Positions 51,954 through 64,000 of a stretch of 64,000 nt of DNA are shown here, piece by piece. The stretch is taken from positions 62,620,001 through 62,684,000 of the forward strand of contig NC_043005.1 in NCBI RefSeq assembly GCF_006345805.1, read 5' to 3'. Positions within the stretch are counted from its first letter, which is position 1. Each line of letters starts with the position of its first letter. The notes beneath the pieces are model-generated. The model had not been told where the DNA came from, made no database searches, and worked only from the letters and a program-made list of their open reading frames with translations. Position numbers and translations under genes: made by a program. This DNA is from Octopus sinensis. Taxonomy: Eukaryota.

Positions 51954-52269
51954 TTGTCATTATGTTGCTAATGATAAGATTCACTTCTACTATATTATAT
52001 ATTCAATTAATTTTATTTAAATGAATTCACCTTTTTACTAAAAGCTGGAGAGAGGGTCTGTTCACTGAAACAGCACTGGCCATACCGCAAACCACAGTTC
52101 CTGGCAGGTAGCTAAGAATATCCCCTGCTTTATTGACCAGTATTTGTCCTTTAAAAACTGACTTATCCTCATCACTGTAGAATTTGAACTAAAGTTCTCA
52201 AAGCACACTATACCAACATCACTCTGCCTATAATTATCTTCTCAGAGTCTATTAAACAGTTTGTATGGG

Positions 52270-52660
52270 AACTAAGAATGTTCTAGGAATAACATATGGA
52301 AGAAGTTCTTCAGAGAAAACTTACCAAATACCAGGAGCTGGTAGAGCAGAACCAAAACCAAGGCTGGAAAGCATGCCATAAACCAATTGAAGTAAGCTGC
52401 CAGGGTTGTTTTGTGGAGTGATTAATTTGTAAAGCTATGACAAGGATGGCTCTTTGCTGATGAAACAAAGAGTGGTAGCAGGATATATTCTATCACTAGA
52501 GCAGCAGGGAAAGCGACTAGATACCTTTGGATAATAAGAACAGATTCCTGACTTGTTACTGCTGGAATATAAGGTAGGATCTGATCAGGTACCAGGAGGG
52601 TGAGGGGATGTTTGATGTTGAAAGATTTGAAACCCCTACAGTCCTAAAAACATCTAAGAG
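52270..52660 (+). mobile_element. HERO-like RLE non-LTR retrotransposon, 3' fragment
   Basis: KLTKYQELVEQ..GWKA..PIEVSCQG resembles RKLxKYxELV..GWKA..PxEVGCRG; 3'UTR GATGTTGAAAGA..GAAACCCC. Confidence 0.6.
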
Positions 52661-53564
52661 CATCAATGATAAGCATTTTGGAAATTATTTTATTTAAATT
52701 CTGGGAAATCTTTCCTGCTTTATTGACTACTATAAGTAATTTAGATAATGACATTTTCCCGTCACTGTGTATTTGAATTAATTAAATTTTCAAGACTTGT
52801 TACATTAAATATGTCAGCTACAACTTTACTATTAATTTACCAACTTCTTTGCATTTGATTATCTCCCTTATCTTTTATATAAGAAAAATAAGAATGAAGG
52901 AAATATTTCATTTGACTAAGATACACACACATTAACATACAAGAGATAAATCCCATCAAGAAAATAACAACAAGAAATAAGGTCTTGTTTTCAAACACTC
53001 ATATGCAGCTGCATTACATTGTTTTATAGATGGAACAATAATTTCATCCATCAAAGGAAATATTCTAAAACATGTTTTGATAACTGGAATTCTATATTTC
53101 AATGCATTTTAAATTCAAAATTAAAAAAAAATCTTAAAACAATATTATAAGAAATAGTTATAAAATATCATAACTAATGATATGAAATAGCTGAAAATTA
53201 TTAAAAACAGACATTATCATAAAAAGAATGCTTGCATCCATTATATAACTCAACATGCATTGAGAAAACTAGTTGTTTCATATAACAAAGATTAAATATA
53301 TTCAAATGACAGTTAAATGAGAGATAGCAAAAAGAAGAAATGCTAAATATTATTGCCATTTTGGAACATGTTTTTTTTTGTTTGCAGCAATATAAGGTAA
53401 CAGTACTATATAAGCTAGTATAATTGCAAAAATCCTCTGTGCAAACTTAGGCACTTGCATAATGTTGGGGGAAACAGTTTCTCATGTTAATCCTACATTT
53501 CAAAGTATATGTAGTGCATGATCTTTGCAAGGCAGGCTAAGACAAACAGTATAATTTACCTTAC

Positions 53565-53609
53565 CTAGGGTTCTTAGCATAATGGCTGCAGCAAAGTTTG
53601 AACTCATAG
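53565..53609 (-). CDS. Candidate 45-nt exon (phase 1-1: MSSNFAAAIMLRTL; or phase 2-2: YEFKLCCSHYAKNP)
   Basis: ctactgacctttcAG acceptor with a CTGAC branch-like motif and TAG|GTAAGG donor; joins in frame to 39777-39875 in both open frames. Confidence 0.4.
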
Positions 53610-53881
53610 CTGAAAGGTCAGTAGTCCAGAAATTTAAGAAGAAAAAAAGAAAAAGAGAAAAAAAGAAAAAAATACCAAAATTCTTATAAACAAAATATTT
53701 TTATATTCAGATCATACCAGTCTAACTGCCATTGTTGCTTGTTAATAATCAGAAAAATGGCAAACCTCTAAGTTGTATCTGCAAGTCAGGTATGAATGAA
53801 ATAAATATATTTATAAAGGGTAGTAAAAAGACTAAATTGAACAGTAACTTATATAGTACACATGCACGCATGTACAGTGAG

Positions 53882-53926
<45 letters not shown>

Positions 53927-54694
53927 AAGAGGGAGGGGAGAGAGAGAGAGAAAAAGAGGGAGGAGAGAGAGAGAGAGAATTTTAACAAATGAGTTAGTTT
54001 AACAAATGAGAGTGTACACAATACATGACATTGAACACACACATACACACACCCATTATGCAGTGTTAATTTGATGTCTTTGAAAGTGTTCTGTAACCTT
54101 GGTTTAAAGTGATATAAATATATATAACATTCTATAGGCTATCTAAACAAAAAAAAATTCAAGGTATGTATATTAAGGATACGTGTTAGATCAGATCAAA
54201 ATGCATTTCTAGAAACTAGTTGCAGTCATCAGCTGCAAATAAATAAGACTGAAGTTCCAAACTGATTTTGACACCTCATTCATGGCTTATGGTTTTATCA
54301 TGATGAGGGTGCATAACGGGTAAATTTGAATTTCTCTAATTTATTTCAGGCTGATGACAGTCTCATTTGTGGCCAAATGAATGCAACAATTTTCTAGAAA
54401 AAAATTTGAGTATAAATATAATATATGCTCGTCAAAACTATAGTAATATCTGTTTGGCAGCTGATGATGGAAATGATATATTTAATATGCTTGTGAATTT
54501 TTTATTTCTTGGTATTTGGTTATATTTTAAGTTGTCCTTTGTTCTTGTAAAGTTGAAAGTGATTGTGGATTCATGGTTTATGGTGATTACTTATATTGAC
54601 ATTGGTTGATTTACTTCATAGATGATCTTACGAGGTTTGGATAATGCTTAAATAATGATACCCTGTTTGAAGAGATGCATGCCTACATACATAT

Positions 54695-55118
54695 ATACTG
54701 TATCCAGATTACAAGTTCAGGTTTATACCTGTAATTATTGGGGCACTGGGTTATGTAACACACTGCCTAAATACCAATCTTGAGAAATTAGGCTTCTCAA
54801 AACCAAAAATGAGAAAGCTGATGTGAAGACTACAGATTCAAGCCATTACAGGAATTGTAAAAATATGTAAAACTTTCCAGAAGCTTATCATTTAAATATG
54901 CATGAGTATATCTAGACATGTAACATTATGCATGAGAATGCATACATAAAACAAAACATACAAATCTGCACATATACACACATACGTACATTCATATGTA
55001 CATACATACATCAAAAAGACCCTGTTGATGTTGAACTTCCAATGAAGGAGCCTTGGATCTAGGTTAGAAACTGGCTCTTTCTCTATTGGCAACAAATCTT
55101 GAAATAAAACTGAATAAT
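54695..55118 (+). mobile_element. RLE-type LINE 3' end plus 3'UTR
   Basis: YPDYKFRFIPVIIGALGYVTHCLNTNLEKLGF..LQIQAITGIVKICKTF. Confidence 0.75.
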
Positions 55119-57261
55119 GACACACACATGTAATGTGTGTGTACGTACATAGGAGAAACAAAGAAAATTTCCTTTACAGTTTTGTGTTTCTGTTGGATTT
55201 ATTCCTTCTAGCCTTACTACATATGTATGTCCAAAATGTGAGCAGAGCAACAACATCTGTCATCCATATTTGTCTCACAATCTTGATCTGTGATTTGAAA
55301 ATGTCACAACTATTTCTATGTTGCTTGGTTATCTGCTTGAACTAACTTTGTACTTGACATGGCCTTCAGTCACTCATTTTTTGTAGAGGAAAAGAAGCAT
55401 CTGAGCCATTCTCTTTTTCAAGAAGTAAATAAAACACTTTTATTTATTTATCTATATATTTTATTTTTCAGTCATTGAACTGTAGCCATGTTGGGGCAAC
55501 ATATTCAAGAGTTTTGTTAATCAAGTTTACCCCAGCTCTGATTTTAAATTTGATACTTATTCTAACTCTCTTTTGCTGATCTACTGAGTTACATGGAGGT
55601 GAACAAATCAACACTAGTTATGAAGCAGCATTAACATAAAGACTTGACGGCAGGAGAGACAAACGTAATGTGCAAGTACACACACACATGCATACACAAA
55701 CATACGTATTCACATTGGGCTTTCACACAGATTGCATTTACTAAATTTATTCTCAAAGATTTGGTTAGCCCAGGGCTATAGTAGGAGACAACTATATAAG
55801 TTGTGGCAGATTGAAACTGTACTTAAAACCCTGTAATTTCACTGCAAACTTTGTAACTATATAACCATGCCTGCATCCAATAATAAGTACTGGAAATATA
55901 GTTTTTCAAATATATATTTAACAACATGCTTAAACAGACTTAGCATATACATAGATAACTAGATACTTATAAAAAATATATTGTCTTAAATATTATTTAG
56001 TTACATGCCTAAAAGACAAATTCTTTGTGTGCTTCTTTTCTCCTACATGAGGTGAATGAACCTATATGTAACTATATGTGTGCTGTTGGCGATTATTTTC
56101 CTTCTTCAGGCTTTTCCCTTTTTCCTTTCTCATGAAGAGCTGTGTTCAGAATGTCAAAAACTCTTTTTTACTGAGCTTCAAACTAATGCATTCCATGTGC
56201 ATGTCCTGTTTTTGTTTGTTATTTTTAATGTTTGTTCATTTGGTTCAACTATATATTCCTGTATCTCTCCCTTTCCAAAATAAATACTTACATAATGAAC
56301 TCTAATATTTCCTTCTATTGAAACTCTCTCATATCACCTCTGATGATGGGATATCCTTTATATCCCTGAATCAGCTCTAACACTACCTTTCTCTTTATAA
56401 ATGTCCTAGAAATATCACACTGCCTTGGTGTTGTTATATCATTTTATTTAACATATACATGCTCACACACGACCTGCATTAGACTCCTCACTCATACTGT
56501 TATTGAACTGGGAGTCTAACAGTAGTCCTTCTATAGCACTTACACAGCATTACCTGCCTTTTGGGTCTTCTGGATACCTAAACCTCTTCTATATGTGTGT
56601 GTGTGTGTGTGTGTGGTGTGTGTGTGTGTGTGTATGTGTGTAATGTACATATATGTGTATATATGTATATATAACTATATATATTCATATTCTAGTGATA
56701 TTCAACAAGTATTAGAATCAACAATGCATATAAGTAAATAAACAGCTTTTTATGTGCATATAATTATGTAATAACAAGGAAATGTTGTGATTTGCATACA
56801 ATTTGTAGAAGTAAATGCTGTGTACACAGTTTTCACGTATGGTTTTAGAAACTTGAAACAAGAGACACAAAGGGCTCTGTATATGCATATTTGTTTAGAT
56901 GCACACAACTTATACTCATAAATGCACCTCTCTCATGCATGTACATATTTGATATAGCAAGAGGGGAGGGAAGGTGGGAGAGAGATTACGAGGAGGAGAC
57001 TTGTGTCGTGGTTTAAGTGCATTATTATCAAGTTCAGCAGATCTGGAAGGGAAATGACATCATCCATTTTTGAGTAGAAGCAATGGATATTCAGTGAAGT
57101 AGTACTGAAGTATTAAAAAATATACGATGTAAGTACTAAATAGGAAAAGTAAAAATACTGAAGATATCAAAAGACTATAGTGATTAGCTAGTTAAAGAAT
57201 CCATGAAAATTGATCATGCATAAATGAGAACAGGAACATTATGAAAGGAGAGGTAAAGAAT

Positions 57262-57263
<2 letters not shown>

Positions 57264-57341
<78 letters not shown>

Positions 57342-57346
57342 GAGAG
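57264..57346. repeat. (GA)n/(GACA)n microsatellite
   Basis: Seen directly in the sequence. Confidence 0.95.
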
Positions 57347-58659
57347 GAGAAAATAAGACAGAAAGAAACTATGTTGAAGGGATGAAGATTATTTCATCTC
57401 TGTCATCCAGTATATAAAAAAATGAAAGTAATGGGTATCAAAATATAAGGAAACATAAAATGGAATTAGCAGTAAGAACTATACAAAGGCTGAACCAAGA
57501 GTATTAGGTCTACATTTCAAACGTTGAAAGATGAATCTATTTATTTTCTGATAACTGCAATGTTATTCTCCCTATATGTCACATGAAAATATATGGCTGG
57601 ATCAGTTTTACATAGGAATAAGAATAAACATATATTCTGTTAAAGATATAACAGTATTAAATAAGTAGTGAATTTGATAATGAAAAGATCAGACTCAATG
57701 CTAAAAGGAATGGTTGATAGCAAACTAAAATGTAACTACAAAAGTCTTTAGAAGTAATGCTTTAGTATTAAAATGATAAAAGCTCTAGAGATATATGTAA
57801 AAGATGATAATAATAAAAAGGGTGGATGACTAGCTGTAATGTATCTTTGTTACAATATAGCCTGTCATCAATTCCAGGAAAATTGTATCATTATTAATAT
57901 AGTGAAAGGTGAACATGAAAGAAGTTATGACTTTTGAAGGTGACTATTGAATAAATACAGGCTGTGAATAGAAAACAGTGAAACAGATCATTATTTGCAA
58001 TTTAGTGTAAAATAGTTGCTGGATTTCTTTTTGTAATGACATTTTGATCTTATTGTATTAAAAACATCTCAATGCAACCATAGGTTTAACAACACTTTGG
58101 AAAAACATGAAAGATGAATAAAAATAAATTGCGAGATAAAACTACACTGGATAGACAAATTTCATTGAAGAACAAATAAAAGAAAAATGTTGGGATTTTA
58201 CATAGTGTATGCACAAAACTACTACGGCTTTAAAATACTATAATCCCCACCCCCAAAAAACAATGACAACAACAAAATACATATAATTTGATATAACCTA
58301 TCACAGGGAGGAAAATGCTGACAATAATAGTTAAAAACTTTCACAAAGAAACAACAAACCACTACTTGAGTTGCATAAAATGAAGATATATTTGTGAAGA
58401 TTGCATCATTTGTATCAATGAAGAAGAATAGCTGAGCTTAGAGAAGATTTTGAGAATTAGGATGGCTGAGTGAGACTGTAGATTCTGAAGAATATTTTGT
58501 GTGGAGATTATTATAAAGTTGAGAACAATCAAGTTGGAAATTCTGGAATTACAAAAATTTCCTATTTTAAAAGAACTAATATTCTAGGTAATGTCTAGGT
58601 AGTAAGTACTACTAACTAATAATGGCAATAATGAATAGGCACAATAATGAATAGCAATA

Positions 58660-58830
58660 ATATAGGCACAAGGTCTGAAATTTTGGAGGTGGTGGCGAGT
58701 CAATTACATTGACCTCAGTGCTGAATTTGTACTTATTTTAGCTGGATTTGAACTCAGGATGTAAAGCTGGAAGAAATGCTGCTATGCATTTTGCCTGACA
58801 TGCTAATGATTATGCCAGCTCACCAAGCCA
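58660..58830 (-). mobile_element. SINE family B
   Basis: Minus-strand head GGTGAGCTGGCATAATCATTAGCATG. Confidence 0.75.
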
Positions 58831-59117
58831 GAAATTTGCAAGGAAAGGAACAAGTCATCTGAATCAGCACAAATATGACTGGCAACTTGTGTGGATTTGT
58901 GTTTGTAATGGCATTATGAGATAATCTCCATCTTTTGTTTAAAATATATTTGTCTTTATATTTCTTTGTAATGCATGGCTGGCACTGTCTTGTTATATTT
59001 ATGAAAGGCTCTCTATGTTCAATAGTTGACGAACTGATGCTGAAATGGTAAAAACGTTGTTCTTTCACGTACTCTACATATCTCAATAATATTGTGATAT
59101 TCCTCCTGTCCTCATTA
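58824..59117 (-). CDS. Candidate 294-nt exon (NEDRRNITILLRYVEYVKEQRFYHF...CSFPCKFLA, phase 2-2)
   Basis: ttttcttattcatctgcatcttttcAG acceptor; 97 open codons; the TTG|GTGAGC donor coincides with a SINE head. Confidence 0.3.
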
Positions 59118-60894
59118 CTGAAAAGATGCAGATGAATAAGAAAATGAATTTTAAAGCTGTCTTCACTTATTTCAACATTATATATTAAGAAATTCAGCTA
59201 TAACCCTAAGTATAAACTTAACAGGAGTTTTACTACTAAAAAATCACATCACTTCAATAAAATCTGATTAGACCTGCTCAGTACCATAGCATTAGCTGTT
59301 ATTGTAGCAATGCAGGCAAGGCTCCTTCCCACAAATGAAACATGAAGACGCCCTCCTTCACACAACAGGAAACAAGATAACATACAGTAGGCACCCATCA
59401 ACAAATATAACCATAGAAACTCAAATAACTTTTACTTAAATATACTAAATCATGTAACAGAAAATCTGTGAATTATACTATTCATAAGAAATCACCAACC
59501 CTCTGAGATCTCAGTGAACAAACTATCACCAATATTGACACTAAAGCTTAATGACTTGAACAGCACAAAAAAAGAGATACCTTTTTTTCCAGATACTTGT
59601 TAAATACACAGAAATTATCCCCCACCTACTGATAGGCAAAATTCTTTTAATTCTGTACATATAGAGCTGGAATATTGATGAGACATGCCACATCTCTTTC
59701 TTCATCCTAATTGAAGCACACCTAAGCAATTTCCATTTGGATATTGAAATTAAAGTGACAGACCTCATCATCATTCATTCACACAACCAAAAAAAAAAAG
59801 ATGAATGGCTGCTATTTTCCATGATTTCCTTGCTACATATGCAAGGAGTGCTTTTTCAATTGTACTGTGAATTTGTGTCTACACAATAAAGTTAATGATC
59901 CAATCATAACTGGACTCTATGGTCTTCGCTGTACTTCCATGACTGCCTGAACAAAATGAAGTCCTTTCTTTAAAAATATAACTTAACATGTGTATTAATG
60001 AAGGGCAACTTTCTTAATATGGATTGGCCAAAAGACACTTAGAAATTAGGTAATTACACCTCAACTCCACATAAAGGAGCCTTTTCCCCCAGTTACAATT
60101 GATGCTTTAACCAACGAACCACAACGATATTGTTTTGGACTGAGTGTTGTGAAAACACTCAAACATTATCCATGATATCTCATTTGATAGAACTCTTCTT
60201 TCAGAACTTGAAACTGTACACTGCTATCTTAGATTCCAGATATTCAAAGCTAAACTAAGCACACTCATTTGACAGTATGAATCTGCCTAAGCAACTAGAG
60301 AACAATTTTATATGTTCTATAACTTACCAACTTATCTTTTACACAGATACTTCTTCATATTTAAAGTGACTCAGAAGGTGTTAGAGGATATAGTTACCAA
60401 TATATGCCCAAGCCACACCACAAAATAACTTGCAAACAAAAACAGAAATAGCAACTCAAAGGAAAGAAGAAAATCCCTAATTTGAAAAGTCAAATGATTG
60501 ACACCTAGCACATTGATTGACTATAAATCAATGAGCTTTCACTCATTATTCAACTTTTCTTCCTAACATTCCACCCACATCAAAATTTTATCACTCTTTT
60601 GCAATTCCTTGGGTTCTGGGTACCTCATGTTACCATGGACACTCTCCACAACCAGATGCAATCTATTAGCAGCACTGCCTTACTGACATTATGTACACAT
60701 TCTCCCAAAGTTTAGCTTCCCTTCCCCTCAGCTTCCAACATGTGAATCATCCTCTGCAGTACATCCCTTCTTGCAAGCTATTTTCAATCATTCCTCTTTT
60801 ATGAGAGTCTTCACTCCTATCCTTTAAAAGCAATAAAATGTTATCCCATATATATAATTATTATTATTATTATTATTATCTTCATCATCATCAT

Positions 60895-61035
60895 TATTTT
60901 GGTTTAGCTCAGGTTTGGTCTTACTCCTGGTAGGATTTATGTAGGTAGCAGGTTAATACCTGTAACCTTAGGTATCCACACGTTTTCAGTAGTCTTTCAA
61001 ATGCTTAGAACCCTTCTGATAATCCTTGCTGTCCT
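60895..61035 (-). mobile_element. R4/Dong-like 3' end (same family as 31372-31610)
   Basis: Reverse complement aligns with 31445-31585; (TTA)n on both sides. Confidence 0.75.
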
Positions 61036-61054
61036 GTTTATTATTATTATCATT

Positions 61055-61862
61055 TTCCAATTGATTTGCATTTTGTTTCATTTTTCGACCACATCTCAAG
61101 CAGACACCTAAGTCACATATATATTAGATGGAGAGAAACTTCCTGAGAATGTGGGAAGTTGATGTCAGCACATTTTTTTGAGTCTCATAGATTGTTGGTT
61201 TCTCAGGGATATGGTCAAAAAATTTGTCACTATCTTTCTTGATCATTCCCAGGGTACCTACAATAACAGGGATGGTTTTAGCTTTTAATTGTCACCTCCT
61301 AGCTATTTCAATCCCACGGTCCTTATATTTTGATAGTTTTCAAATTCCATTGCTGAGATGTTTCTAATAGTAGGCACTGTCATATCAATTAACAAGCATA
61401 TTTTTGCTCTTAGGTCTATGATGATGATGATGTCTGATCTGTTAGCATTTATTTGCCTGCCTGTATGTATCTCATAATTGATTGACTTTGAATGGTGTTC
61501 ATACCAGTTCTTAGGCTGTGGGATATCATAGTGACAGCCTATGCGCTAGTGCAAGTATTGGCCAACTCAATCATGCCTGGTTTTATATATTCTGGGGCAA
61601 GGACTGAGAAGTCAGCAACAAAGTGGTGAATAATCTCAAGTTTTTCATTACAGAGTCTACACTTTGTGTCCACCTTATTGTGTGTAACATTAGCTCGATA
61701 GTTCTGAGTGAGGAGACTGATCCCGTGCCACTAGGATAAATCCTTCTGTTTTGGCTTTCAAACCAGCACTCTGCAGCCACTGATGAGTTCTTCTCATATT
61801 TACATCAGCTTTACCAGCTCGTCTGGGGTATTGCCTATGCAATGGTTTTTCTTGCCAGTCTT
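61055..61862 (-). mobile_element. R4/Dong-like LINE C-terminal region (CCHC and RLE domains)
   Basis: WQEKPLHRQYP..THQWLQSAGLKAKTEGFILVARDQS..LLIDMTVP..KLSKYKD..TIPVIVGTLGMIKK..TSHILRK. Confidence 0.85.
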
Positions 61863-61863
61863 G

Positions 61864-61896
<33 letters not shown>

Positions 61897-62149
61897 GTTG
61901 TTGTTATTATTATTTAAAACAGCTCCAAGTGGCTTCAAGTTTTGCAAGCTTCATTCAGGCACAGATTACTGAAGGGAGACGCACAGGAAACCCAAGATTT
62001 ACTAGAAAATAGGCTGCTCTTGGACAAGGCAGGTCACATGGTGTTGTTAGAAGAGAGACTGACATTCTAGTAACACCAGATGTAACACCTACTAAATGTG
62101 TCAAGTGCCTTTTGTTCATTCATTCATATATATATATATACTAGCAGTA

Positions 62150-62527
62150 TCGCCCGGCGTTGCTCAGGTTTGTAAGGGAAATAACTATAAAGCATTTTTA
62201 GAGAGTTATAGCCAAAAAATAGCAAAAAAATGGAAAAAAAAATGATGGTAAATTTTTTTTTGAGAGTTAAAAAAGGTCGAGTTGCGCCCCCTAGACAGTC
62301 TGTGGTTTGTGTTTCTGATTCTCGACTCCATGTCGAATTTATCGATTTTTTCAGAACTGGGGGAACTTTTCAAAATTTTCGCTGCGTTAGTTTTGAATTA
62401 TGACATTGGGCTATGTGTGTGTCAAGTTTCATCAGAATCGGTTGAAATCCGTGGTCAGGGTGAGGGTACAACCAAACAGACACACAGAAACACACACAGA
62501 CAAACTGCCGTTTATATAGAGAGAGAT
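62150..62527 (+). mobile_element. Non-autonomous Helitron/Helentron (HINE-like) element
   Basis: 5' ACTAGCAGTATCGCCCGGCGTTGCTCAGG with a subterminal palindrome; 3' ACAGACAAACTGCCGTTTATATAGAGAGAGAT; CpG-rich, so probably young. Confidence 0.55.
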
Positions 62528-62625
62528 ATATGATCTATTGATTCATCGTGAAGTTACAGAATATATATTTGAGAGTGTGTATGTGTGTGTGAGTGTCTCT
62601 ATCTATCTATCTATCTATCTATATA

Positions 62626-63010
62626 CTCTTTTACTTGTTTCAGTCATTTGACTGCAGCCATGCTGGAGCACCGCCTTTAGTCGATCAAATAAGCCTAGTA
62701 CTTATTCTATCGGTCATTTTTACCGAACCGCTAAGTTACGGGGACGTAAACACACCAGCATCGGTTGTCAAGCGGTGTTGGTCGGACAAAGACAGACACA
62801 AACATACACACACATATACATACACACATATATATATACATATATACGGCAAGCTTCTTTCAGTTTCCGTCTACCAAATCCATTCACAAGGCTTTGGTCA
62901 GCCCGAGGCTATAGTAGAAGACACTTGCCCAAGATGCCACGCAGTGAGACTGAACCCGGAACCATGTGGTTGGTAAGCAAGCTACTTACCACACAGCCAC
63001 TCCTGCGCCT
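62626..63010 (-). mobile_element. SINE family A, young full-length copy
   Basis: Minus-strand head GGCGCAGGAGTGGCTGTGTGGTAAGTAGC; CpGs retained. Confidence 0.92.
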
Positions 63011-63012
63011 AA

Positions 63013-63049
<37 letters not shown>

Positions 63050-63059
63050 TGCATTGCTT

Positions 63060-64000
63060 GCTCTCAGCCATGTGTATCATGGTGGCCATAGAGATGGTTT
63101 TTGAACAAAGAGGGAACAAGGCTACTGGAGGTCAGTGATGTGAATAACCTAATGATCTGCAACACCAACTTCAGAAAGCCAGCCAGTTACCTGATAATCT
63201 ATCAGTTGGATGACCACGACAACTAGATTGATTACATTTTCACGAGAGAACGAAATACATGGTTTCTCATAAATGCAAAGACCTTCCCCGGTGAGGAATG
63301 TATGCCTGCCATCCCACCAGCATAGATTAGTTATTAATGACTTTAAACTTCAGGCTAGGAGGATTCCAAGAAGCAGATCAATCTGGAAAAGAAGGATTTG
63401 GAAGCTTAAGGATCCTCTAAATGGTCAGAAATCTTGGGACATCCTACTTGAGAAATTTAAAGAGAAGAGAAAGAGACTTGTAACATAGAGGGCAACTAGA
63501 ACTTCCTGTGGGACAACTTGGTGAGTGCCACAGACCAAACCTATGGGTGGTGTGAAATCTCAACCAGACCTAGGGTTATGTGGTGGTGGAATGATGTAGA
63601 CAAGACCATTAGAGTGAAGAAATAGTCTTGGAAGGTCTGGAAAAATGGTGGTAGGAGGGATCTATATCTGGTAGCCAGGGGAGAAGCAGAGAGGAGGCAG
63701 TTTGCCAATGTTCTACGATGTGAAGACCAGAGACTTGAAGTGTTTTGGATTGCAAGACTGTGTCAGAGAAAATCATGATGTGGTAGGAGAGAAATGTGTT
63801 AACATGGATGATGGTTCATTTGCAGCCACTATGAAAGGCTACTAAATATAGAAAATGCATGGGAGAAGGAGATCCTGCCTTATGTGGACCCAACAAAGAG
63901 GATGGCTGTCTGAATTGACAGTAGCTTAGTAGATAAGGCAATTGAAGATATGAAGACAAGAAAAGACTCTGGCCCATCAAGTACCACTGCTGAGATGTTT
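63060..64000 (+). mobile_element. RTE-clade LINE (same family as 44377-46650), runs off the window
   Basis: NNLMICNTNFRKPASYL..IDYIFTR..KTFPGEEC..HQHRLVINDF..KRRIWKLKDP. Confidence 0.88.

Larger units (their letters stand above)
51489..52812. repeat. Inverted repeat pair (about 150-bp arms) enclosing about 1 kb
   Basis: 51489-51639 aligns with the reverse complement of 52660-52812, e.g. GAAAATTTAATTAATTCAAAT is identical. Confidence 0.85.

Noticed and set aside
59880-60330. Possible Helitron helicase remnant
   Set aside because: Motif matches are too weak to support by eye
1-64000. rRNA, true tRNA genes, CRISPR arrays and prokaryotic systems
   Set aside because: None seen; the tRNA-like segments are SINE heads and the repeats lack repeat-spacer periodicity

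Overview
AT-rich, repeat-dense eukaryotic DNA. The (TA)n/(CA)n/(GATA)n microsatellite load and the SINE families suggest a cephalopod such as Octopus, but this is an inference. There is no long intact host ORF. Most ORFs in the track are microsatellite artefacts or decayed transposon frames. The window contains decayed LINEs (RTE, R4/Dong-like, HERO-like, CR1-like), Penelope-like elements (PLEs), Tc1/mariner remnants and MITEs, a Helentron/HINE-like element, a probable solo LTR and many tRNA-derived SINEs. A few short segments with good splice sites may be exons of an unidentified minus-strand gene with long introns (low confidence). The most striking feature is an unusual density of fold-back structures. 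Four long inverted repeats lie within 3.0-13.0 kb, two of them made of PLE coding sequence joined head-to-head. At least five smaller inverted repeats occur further on, several next to degenerate minimal hammerhead-ribozyme cores. There is also a 79-nt hairpin at 26574-26652 whose six wobble pairs are all G-U on the + strand, which makes it a pre-miRNA-like candidate. Coordinates of decayed repeats are approximate, and percent identities were estimated by eye unless counts are given.
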